Virus record (IMG/VR): IMGVR_UViG_3300045988_069571
Coordinates: 1-44,934 of that record
Origin: a virus
Reading direction: 5' to 3' (one strand)
DNA length: 44,934 nt
Shown: in pieces, positions 32,601 through 39,302 of the stretch
Position numbering within the stretch: the stretch's first letter is position 1
Layout of the letters: each line of letters begins with the position of its first letter
Made by a program: the position numbers and the translations under genes
The notes under the pieces: model-generated
Told to the model about the DNA's origin: nothing
Database searches by the model: none
Seen by the model: only the letters and a program-made list of their open reading frames with translations

Positions 32601-32858
32601 TCAAAGCCTCACTCGTTGGACATATCCACACCTCTTGCATCGGTAAGTGTTGTGGTGGCTCGTGCCCATTAAGACATCATGCTCGGTGACTTGCGCCAGC
32701 AGTTCAAATTCGTGCTTGCACCAGCACCCGCGGAAGTAATTGCAAATTCTTCTAAGCATAAATATCTCCTTCTGGAGCCGAGAGGCGGTATTGAGCCGCC
32801 ACACGTCCACAACGTTGTCCATGGCCACCGCTTCCGCTTCTGCTACTGCACTCGGCAT
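32601..32858 (-). CDS. Small Cys-rich protein upstream of terS (73-85 aa)
   Basis: ORF from the track. It contains CWCKHE...CKRCG. The start is ambiguous between 32858 and 32823. Confidence 0.55.
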   Translation of the reverse strand: MPSAVAEAEAVAMDNVVDVWRLNTASRLQKEIFMLRRICNYFRGCWCKHEFELLAQVTEHDVLMGTSHHNTYRCKRCGYVQRVRL

Positions 32859-33300
32859 ATGTGCGCTTCTCGCTTAGATTGTCACGCCCTAGCCTTGGTG
32901 GCGACATCATGATTAGCCACTCGCAGGGTAGTTTTCAGCGGGATAGTGCCGGGGCAAGTCATAGCTGCCACCGCTTCCGCCTCCATGACAGGCGGGCGTC
33001 ATGTCCCTTCTCCGGGGCCGTCAGACGCTCTAGGCTACCCGGTATAGTGTCTTTCCACAGTCAGCTCCGTGGTCTTTGGAGCGGTTTGTCTATTGCCCGC
33101 AAGGGGCAAAGTTTCGCCGCATGGAGGGCGCGACCCTCCGGCCCGGATGTGTGGGCTGACGCGCTTGTGCGGCATATTGCACACAGTAGGGGCAGCGACT
33201 ACACCGCCGCCACCCCCTCTGCGTGAAGAAGGAAAAGGGGGCGGAAAGATAATGGGAGCGCGAAGGCATACGCCCCCACGCTCCCATTATCGCATAGGTA
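32859..33300 (-). other. ORF-free, hairpin-dense region: late leader, structured RNA or packaging site
   Basis: No credible ORF in any frame. Multiple 5-10-bp stems are present (listed in the finding). One stem has a G-U pair only when read as minus-strand RNA. Confidence 0.5.
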
Positions 33301-33308
33301 AAGTCTAA

Positions 33309-33328
33309 AATTCACAAATCTGTGAATT
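33309..33328. promoter_or_regulatory. Perfect palindrome AATTCACA-AATC-TGTGAATT (operator and/or weak terminator)
   Basis: It has 8-bp arms and a 4-nt spacer and abuts the stop codon of the 80-aa HTH gene. Its half-sites, TCAC/GTGA, are the same as in the switch operators but are spaced 6 nt apart rather than 5. Confidence 0.5.
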
Positions 33329-33571
33329 TCAAGAAATTTTATTACTTTTTTTCGGAGGGCTATTTGGCCAATCGGTTCGCCCCAGCAGGTAGTCAATGGA
33401 CACATCAAATCGATCAGCCAATCCCTCCAGAGCTTTTCTGGATGGCTCCATTTCTCCCCGCTCCAGCCTCCCAATTGCATTCCTGTCCAATTTACAGCAC
33501 TCTGCTAGTGCACACCGTTTTAACCTGTTTCTTTCCCTGAGCCTCTTCAGCCTCTCCGGAAACTCGTTCAA
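33329..33571 (-). CDS. XRE-family HTH protein (80 aa)
   Basis: TTG start 7 nt after GGAGGG. The motif RCALAECCKLDRNAIGRLERGE is an HTH. Confidence 0.7.
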   Translation of the reverse strand: MNEFPERLKRLRERNRLKRCALAECCKLDRNAIGRLERGEMEPSRKALEGLADRFDVSIDYLLGRTDWPNSPPKKSNKIS

Positions 33572-33803
33572 GGGCTATCCCTCCTCCCTCATGCTGTCCG
33601 CCCTCCCCGTTCTTATTTTCCTCCTTTTTGCTTACGGTGAAAAAATCATCATCCATCGCAAAAACACTTCGTTTGTGATACATAGTCGCTCCGATAGAAT
33701 CAATGACAAAATATGTATCGTGTGGATAATGCTCTTGCAACCAACCAATAACCTGCTTCAGAATGGGATAAATTTCGCAATACTGTTTGTCATACTGTTT
33801 CAT
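33492..33803 (-). CDS. Small protein preceding the HTH gene (103 aa)
   Basis: ATG at 33803 lies after GGGGAGGG and has an ATGA overlap with the YopX stop. The 3' end overlaps the HTH gene by 80 nt. Confidence 0.55.
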   Translation of the reverse strand: MKQYDKQYCEIYPILKQVIGWLQEHYPHDTYFVIDSIGATMYHKRSVFAMDDDFFTVSKKEENKNGEGGQHEGGGIALERVSGEAEEAQGKKQVKTVCTSRVL

Positions 33804-34200
33804 TGTCCGCCCTCCCCGTCGTGGATGGAGCCGATGATTTCTTCCTCCCCCGTCCATGCGTATCCTGGCATCAAGTCAGATAGATAGATTGCTGGCATTC
33901 CTCCGATAAAGGTTCCGCCGTGTTCCTGAACCCATACCACTTTATGGGTGCAACCACGGCTGCATTTTACAATGTCCCCAACAAACACTTTCTTCCCGTT
34001 CTTGTCGGTCAGGCCGGTGTACTGGCAGACCGTGGAGGGGTCAACATCATGACAGGTATCGCAGCAAATAAAGCCTTTGCTTTTTGAAAATAATGTTTTG
34101 CTATCACTGGGCAAGATTGCGCGGGCACCGCCTGCAAAGCATACCAAGCTTCCGGAAATCCATTATCCAGCCGCTTAGCTTTGAAAAGGATTTCTCTCAT
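33800..34200 (-). pseudogene. YopX-family gene interrupted by a frame change
   Basis: The N-terminus MREILFKAKRLDN(G) is in one frame, with ATG at 34200 after GGAGG. The rest, WISGSLV...CQYTGLTDKNGKKVFVGDIV, is in the -1 frame. The junction lies at ~34147-34162. Confidence 0.6.
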
Positions 34201-34275
34201 TGTTTTTCCTCCATCCTAGAGCTAACGCAACACGAATGTACTCTTCTGACGTTTTGCATACACACTCAGGGGATT

Positions 34276-34695
34276 TCATTGGGCACCTCCGATGATCTCG
34301 TCCAATGTGGCCCGCCTTATGCTCCTCAGCGTAGGAAACGTTTCATCAAGGTTATCAAGACTGCCCTTATAGTTGTCTTCGTCATCATACATGTAAAATG
34401 TCTGTCCCACTATATCAACGTATGCCAATGTTTTAACAACTGGATATAGCACTTTGATAGCCTTCGCCCTCTCCACCTCCTGCTCCGTCCAGCGGGGCTT
34501 GCGGGCGATGTTTTCTGGATGATTTATGAGATTGTTAAGACATTCCACAGTGGAGAATCCCCAGCAGTCATTTGATATTTCAATCTGGAATGTCCCATAT
34601 TTATTGATACGAAATCGCCCTAACGTGTTCCCTCTAATTTCAAACTTTTCTTCTGGTTCAACCCCAAGCACCTCGCAAATTCTCGGCTTGTCCAT
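34276..34695 (-). CDS. Hypothetical protein (139 aa)
   Basis: Strong SD AAGGAGGGGGG lies before the ATG. Confidence 0.65.
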   Translation of the reverse strand: MDKPRICEVLGVEPEEKFEIRGNTLGRFRINKYGTFQIEISNDCWGFSTVECLNNLINHPENIARKPRWTEQEVERAKAIKVLYPVVKTLAYVDIVGQTFYMYDDEDNYKGSLDNLDETFPTLRSIRRATLDEIIGGAQ

Positions 34696-35008
34696 GTTGG
34701 CCCCCCTCCTTGATTTTCAGGTACTTTTCGATGGCTTCGTCTAGGTCGGTCTCCTTTCGCTGGCCGTAGGAGCAGAAACTCAATGGATGATATTCGTAGG
34801 TGTTTTGCTCAAGCACAAAATTTCTCCCAATAAATTCAATGCGGCGAATACATTCATCTTTGTACTTGCATTCCCAACAATAGCACCCGCCGGCAGCGTG
34901 AACAGGGTCAACCGTCGGCAACTCATCAAACATCCGCTTCATGACGGCTCCAGTCACCCCATCACCACCAAAGCACTCTCTGGCTTTATCCGCATCAACT
35001 AGTCTCAT
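34658..35008 (-). CDS. Hypothetical Cys-containing protein (116 aa)
   Basis: ORF from the track. It contains CYCWECKYKDEC. No family recognised. Confidence 0.55.
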   Translation of the reverse strand: MRLVDADKARECFGGDGVTGAVMKRMFDELPTVDPVHAAGGCYCWECKYKDECIRRIEFIGRNFVLEQNTYEYHPLSFCSYGQRKETDLDEAIEKYLKIKEGGQHGQAENLRGAWG

Positions 35009-35591
35009 GCTCGGCCTCCTCCTTTTCCTGCTCCCTCCGTAGTGCGGCCTCGGCTTCCTCGCGGGTCAGAAAAACAGTTTTGCCTATATCTGACATATAA
35101 AAACTTCTGCTAATTTTATTGTAAGCCGTAATAGCCGAGCAATATATATCGCCATCACAAGCGACCCCTTTAATAGATACATGATTCCCCTCAATTGGGA
35201 AATGTGCTGTAGAAAACGCCGACTTTATAAACCAAACTGTGGCGTTTGGCTTACATTTGAGCACCACGCACCGCCCTTCATCGTCGGCCTGCTTGAGTTC
35301 GCGGAGGCGGTCAACGGGGCCAAGTTCTTTGTAGGCAGATAGTTCCCGCTTCACCTGCTCCAGCTCGGCCTCTTGCTCTTGTAATAGCAAGTGCCTCCGA
35401 TCAAGTTCTTTCGCCTGCTGAAATACTAAGTCCACCTTGCTTTTTAGCTCGGCCCGCAGCTTCTCGTTTTCGGCCTGGAGTGCGGAGAGGGCGTCTGCCG
35501 CCTCCATGCACAAGTCCATGATTTCCAGTGTCGCCTTATCAGCACATAGGCTGTCGGTGCGCAGCCGCTCAATCAGCTTCTCAATGTCCAT
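34995..35591 (-). CDS. Coiled-coil protein (198 aa)
   Basis: ATG at 35591 lies after GAGGAGG and forms a TGATG overlap with the upstream stop. Confidence 0.65.
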   Translation of the reverse strand: MDIEKLIERLRTDSLCADKATLEIMDLCMEAADALSALQAENEKLRAELKSKVDLVFQQAKELDRRHLLLQEQEAELEQVKRELSAYKELGPVDRLRELKQADDEGRCVVLKCKPNATVWFIKSAFSTAHFPIEGNHVSIKGVACDGDIYCSAITAYNKISRSFYMSDIGKTVFLTREEAEAALRREQEKEEAEHETS

Positions 35592-35818
35592 CACTTTTCC
35601 TCCTCGGGCCGCTTGAGCCAAGCCAGACACTCGTCCATTTCGCCAAGTCGCCAGTCATAGATACACAGCAGTTTCGCCAGTTCCTCGTCGCTCATGGTCC
35701 GGATGCGGTCGGCGTTGGACAAAATTCGTCCCGGTTTGTACTGAGGGCACCAAGAAATTCTGGCCGTTGTACCGGCGTTATTGCAGTCATTTTTGCAAGT
35801 AATGCAAATCGTTTTCAT
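35591..35818 (-). CDS. Small Cys-rich protein (75 aa)
   Basis: ORF from the track, containing CITCKNDC. It is coupled to its neighbours. Confidence 0.55.
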   Translation of the reverse strand: MKTICITCKNDCNNAGTTARISWCPQYKPGRILSNADRIRTMSDEELAKLLCIYDWRLGEMDECLAWLKRPEEEK

Positions 35819-36042
35819 GCGTTCTCCTTCCTCTCCGGCGGCCCATCAAAGGCCGTCCAGTATTGTCCGTACAGTTCCAGGCTAAACGGTTTGATATGCT
35901 TGCAGTACAGATATCCATCCCTGCACCCTTCTGCAATCTCCAGGCCGCCCCATTGGAGCTGAGCTATCCCTGCTCCCTCAATGTAGATTGGGGTCTCCTG
36001 GGTGATGGATTCCACCTCTGCGCGTGTGTATTGGTGTCTCAT
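35815..36042 (-). CDS. Hypothetical protein (75 aa)
   Basis: ORF from the track, with a 4-nt overlap with the downstream gene. Confidence 0.5.
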   Translation of the reverse strand: MRHQYTRAEVESITQETPIYIEGAGIAQLQWGGLEIAEGCRDGYLYCKHIKPFSLELYGQYWTAFDGPPERKENA

Positions 36043-36051
36043 GGCGATACC

Positions 36052-36372
36052 TCAATCGCCCTTCCCATCGTTCAGCGCCTCCAGTCTTTTCCTAAGATTC
36101 GTCTTTGCCTCTGCGGTGCGTGGAGCCCCACACCAAGGGCAATAGAACCCTACTGGTGGAGCGATCGAGGGTGTCTTACACATCTTGCACCCCGGCCACA
36201 CCCGCTCCACCTGCTCCCGGCTGACGGGGCGGAGGGCCTTTATTTTTACCTTTTCCAGCTCAATAGCTCTTCCCCGTTGCCGTTTCCCATAGTAGTGAGG
36301 CGGCACACTTTCTAGGTGCCTGATTCTGTCCTCACAGCTCTTGATTGCAGCCTCTCGCCGCGTCATGCTCAT
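36052..36372 (-). CDS. Zinc-ribbon-containing protein (106 aa)
   Basis: It contains CKMC...CPWCG and has an ATGA overlap with the upstream gene. Confidence 0.55.
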   Translation of the reverse strand: MSMTRREAAIKSCEDRIRHLESVPPHYYGKRQRGRAIELEKVKIKALRPVSREQVERVWPGCKMCKTPSIAPPVGFYCPWCGAPRTAEAKTNLRKRLEALNDGKGD

Positions 36373-36665
36373 TGCACCCCCTCCAGCATCTCCATCTCCT
36401 CCGCGCTCAGAATCGGCGCGCGGGTGTTCCAGGCGAGGCGGGTTCCATAATAGTCATAGCTCCAGATAGAAAAGCCAATTCCGCACTCGCACTCAATACT
36501 TACTGGGTCACCGCCGCTATCAGGGTCATAGAAGGTCGGCTCCCAGTCTTCTGGACCGTGTTCCTTTGGTGTTTCGCCGCACATACACGGCAGCAGCACC
36601 CCCGCGTCCGTCAGCCGCTTCGCCGCCTCGTGGTCGCCCAGAAGGGCGCGCACCTTATCGTCCAT
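36369..36665 (-). CDS. Lar-like restriction-alleviation family candidate (98 aa)
   Basis: SD AAGGAGG upstream. It has LLPCMCG...ECECG Cys pairs and a C-terminal LAWNTRAP, resembling the Lar-family AWNRR signature (from memory). Confidence 0.45.
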   Translation of the reverse strand: MDDKVRALLGDHEAAKRLTDAGVLLPCMCGETPKEHGPEDWEPTFYDPDSGGDPVSIECECGIGFSIWSYDYYGTRLAWNTRAPILSAEEMEMLEGVQ

Positions 36666-36810
36666 CGTTCGGGTCCTCCTTGACTGCTTTCCACCGTTCT
36701 TTGCGGCTACACGTTCCGCTCCGTGATATTGCGCTCCACGATCGGCTCCATCGCGTCCAGGCTACGCCAGGGTGCCACCGCTCCGCTGATGCCGTAGGGG
36801 TCTCTGGTGA

Positions 36811-37104
36811 TCATATCAGCACCCCATCCACCGCGTCGGCAAGCGCGTCTGCGGCCTCCAGCGTTCGTTCCTTCCGATATCGGGTTATCGCCGTCTCGGT
36901 CGTTTGCAGTATGGTTGACCTCTGCTCTGCCAACCGTCTCTCGAACTCCTCGGAACTCTTCCGCAGGGCAAAGGTATGCTTCAGCGCACCCTTCTCCCGG
37001 CTCCCGGTGGCACGGTCGATAACTTTCAGGTGGTATCTGGCGTACAGATAGGATAGTCCCTGGAACAACTCCTGCTCCGCCAGCGACAGGCCATCCGGCA
37101 TCAT
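36811..37104 (-). CDS. Hypothetical protein (about 97 aa; start uncertain)
   Basis: ATG at 37104 has an ATGA overlap with the VRR-NUC stop and GGGGGG upstream. The track's longer start at 37224 overlaps VRR-NUC by ~120 nt. Confidence 0.5.
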   Translation of the reverse strand: MMPDGLSLAEQELFQGLSYLYARYHLKVIDRATGSREKGALKHTFALRKSSEEFERRLAEQRSTILQTTETAITRYRKERTLEAADALADAVDGVLI

Positions 37105-37487
37105 ATCCCCCCGCATGGCTCGCTTTTCAAGCTCAGATACCACTCCAGTGTCTGCACTGCGCTCTTCCATCCGTGACATACCTCCCATCGGTATCCCTGC
37201 TCCGTCAGGCGCTCCCCCCACCATTTCTGTTCTTGGGATGCCCGGCCGACGTCATTTTTCATCTCTATGTATAGGCCATGATACGTTCCCCGAGGCACCG
37301 GCAGGCAGAGATCAGGGACGCCCTTCTTCACGCCCATGGCCTTGTCCATAGCCACCTGGCGGGCGCCGCCCTGGGTCTCATTTTTGACATGATGCAGCAG
37401 AGCCAGCTCCGGCCACTTAGACCGGATGCTGGGCTGCTGGCTCCACTTGATCACCGCTTCTTGATGCTTGGATTCATGCACCGCCAT
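37101..37487 (-). CDS. VRR-NUC domain nuclease (128 aa)
   Basis: ATG at 37487 forms a TAATG overlap with the helicase stop, with the SD GGGGAGGAAG upstream. The motif is GVPDLCLP...GLYIEMK...QEQKWW. Confidence 0.8.
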   Translation of the reverse strand: MAVHESKHQEAVIKWSQQPSIRSKWPELALLHHVKNETQGGARQVAMDKAMGVKKGVPDLCLPVPRGTYHGLYIEMKNDVGRASQEQKWWGERLTEQGYRWEVCHGWKSAVQTLEWYLSLKSEPCGGI

Positions 37488-39016
37488 TACGCGCTCTTCC
37501 TCCCCTTCTCCTTTTTCGGGCCGTTGAAGAGCCGGTTCATAATCTGGCTGGCGTCGCCCTTGGTCAGGCCAGTCACGTCGAATCCCTTGCACCGCCTGCG
37601 GATGATCTCCAGCTGCTTGGGCGTAGCGGGCGATCTCCCCCAGCGGCGGACAGCCTCCAGATCCCATAGGTGGCGCTGATCCTGGTAGTCGCGGATCAGC
37701 CGCACATAGGCCAGATCAAGGGCTTTTTGCATCTTCATCCGCTCCCCGTTTGGCATTGTCACCATACCCATGGCGTCCGGGCAAGGGATTGTGATCGTCT
37801 CCCGATCCTTCAGGCTGCACACCATTGACCCATCGGGCATTTTGAACCAGTTGACATCGTGGAGCTGGTACTTCTGCTCCTGAGCCCACAGATCTACCAG
37901 CTTAATATTTTTGATCCAGCTCTCCGGGGTATCGGTGGCAGCCGCGACCCGGTCAGGCAGTTCGAAGAGCATCCCCTCGATCTTCTCCAGTTTGCGGGCC
38001 GGAACAACTTCCATGTCGATGCCCAACAGGGATGGCGCCGTGCAGAGGGACGCCCGGCCGGTGATACCAACACAGTCGATCAACTCCAGCCGCTCCTTGC
38101 CCGGATAAAGCCGTAATCCCCGCCCCACCATCTGGGCGTACAAGGCCTCGCTCTGGGTGGGCCTGGCCACGATCACCGTCTCCACCCGGGGGATATCGGT
38201 ACCTTCCGTGAAAACCATGCAGTTGACGATACAGGGAATCTCCCCGGCAGTGAACGCCTGGATAATGGCGGCCCGGTCCTTCGTCTCCCCGGTGACCACC
38301 ACCGCCCCCGGAATCCTGCCGGCGATCTCATGGGCCTGGTTGACAGACACCGCGAAAATCAAGGTTGCGCCCACCGCCATTTCCTGATATGCTTGTGCAA
38401 TAGCGTCCGCCGTTCCCTCCATGGCCTCGTCCAGCTCGCCGGGGGCATAGTCCCCGTGCCTGGTGTGGACGGCGGACAGGTCAAAACCGATGTCCACCCG
38501 CCGGCAATGGATGTCACACAGGTATCCATTTTGGATGCCCCAGCGGAGATCGCGCTGGAAGATGATGTCCTGGAACACGGTGTCCAAGCGTACCTTGTCT
38601 CCCCGATTGGGTGTGGCTGTAAAGCCGATGAGCTTTTCTGGGCGGAAATAGTTGAATATAGCCCGGTAGGTTCTGGCCGCCGCGTGGTGAGCCTCGTCGC
38701 AGATGATGAGACGGAAGTCATCCGGCCGGAAGCGGTCAAGCCGGCGTACCAGGCTCTGCACACTGGCGGAGACGACCTCCTCCCCGTGGCTGCGGCTGGA
38801 TGCTCTCTCAATACCGTAGGAGCAGTCGAAATATTTTCGAGGCTGCTCCACCAGCTCCTCCCGGTGGGAGAGGATCAGCATCCGTTCCCCGTGACGCGGG
38901 ATGTTTGCAAAAGTCACCGTCTTCCCAAGCCCGGTGGCCATCTGGGCCAGATATGCCCCGGGCGCCTGGGCCTCAATGGTTTCAATGCACTCTCTTTGGT
39001 ATGGTCTTAGTTCCAT
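37487..39016 (-). CDS. SF2 DEAH-box helicase (509 aa)
   Basis: ATG at 39016 lies 4 nt after AGGAGG (revcomp of 39021-39026). The motifs are ATGLGKT, ICDEAHH, FTATPNR and QMVGRGLR. The track's 17-aa extension runs into the iterons. Confidence 0.85.
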   Translation of the reverse strand: MELRPYQRECIETIEAQAPGAYLAQMATGLGKTVTFANIPRHGERMLILSHREELVEQPRKYFDCSYGIERASSRSHGEEVVSASVQSLVRRLDRFRPDDFRLIICDEAHHAAARTYRAIFNYFRPEKLIGFTATPNRGDKVRLDTVFQDIIFQRDLRWGIQNGYLCDIHCRRVDIGFDLSAVHTRHGDYAPGELDEAMEGTADAIAQAYQEMAVGATLIFAVSVNQAHEIAGRIPGAVVVTGETKDRAAIIQAFTAGEIPCIVNCMVFTEGTDIPRVETVIVARPTQSEALYAQMVGRGLRLYPGKERLELIDCVGITGRASLCTAPSLLGIDMEVVPARKLEKIEGMLFELPDRVAAATDTPESWIKNIKLVDLWAQEQKYQLHDVNWFKMPDGSMVCSLKDRETITIPCPDAMGMVTMPNGERMKMQKALDLAYVRLIRDYQDQRHLWDLEAVRRWGRSPATPKQLEIIRRRCKGFDVTGLTKGDASQIMNRLFNGPKKEKGRKSA

Positions 39017-39030
39017 ATTCCCTCCTGCTC

Positions 39031-39300
39031 GTGGGACTGTGGGACGGTGTGGGACAGTGTGTCCCACGGTTCAGTTCTTAGAGCCGCAAGGCTTTGCGTG
39101 TAACCGTGGGACTGTGGGACATAAAATCACAAATTTCCCACGGCGTTTTTTACTGGTAATTCTATCCACACAAAACTCCCTTATATAGGGCTGTGTTTTT
39201 TGTCCCACAGTCCCACACCCTATTTTTAATACGGTTCAAACCTTAGTGCCGCAACGGTTTGCGGGTGTGGGACACGCTGTCCCACGGGCTCCCACATGTC
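39031..39300. repeat. Iteron field (GTGGGAC / GTCCCAC), probable replication origin or master operator region
   Basis: GTGGGAC occurs at 39031, 39039, 39049, 39106, 39114 and 39267. GTCCCAC occurs at 39061, 39202, 39210 and 39279. Near-matches occur at 39136 and 39289. The 15-mer GTGGGACTGTGGGAC occurs three times, once inverted. Confidence 0.65.
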
Positions 39301-39302
39301 CC

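Noticed and set aside
32859-33300. A tmRNA-like RNA or a decayed HNH endonuclease gene in the ORF-free region
   Set aside because: The tmRNA idea arose from a GGGGGCG start and a GCA-initiated short frame. The short frame does not end in an Ala-Ala-type tag, and no tRNA-like acceptor pairing is visible. The HNH idea arose from CxxC, HI.AGGS and N..PC fragments. Those fragments are spread over three frames and do not keep the canonical spacing. I leave it as an alternative to be tested by translated search.
39017-39067. The 17-aa N-terminal extension of the helicase ORF (MGHTVPHRPTVPRAGGN)
   Set aside because: It is encoded by the iteron repeats themselves and has no SD. The internal ATG at 39016 lies 4 nt after AGGAGG.
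39031-39300. A CRISPR array
   Set aside because: The repeat unit is only 7-15 bp and occurs in both orientations with irregular spacing. There are no uniform 25-40-bp repeats or spacers, and no cas genes.
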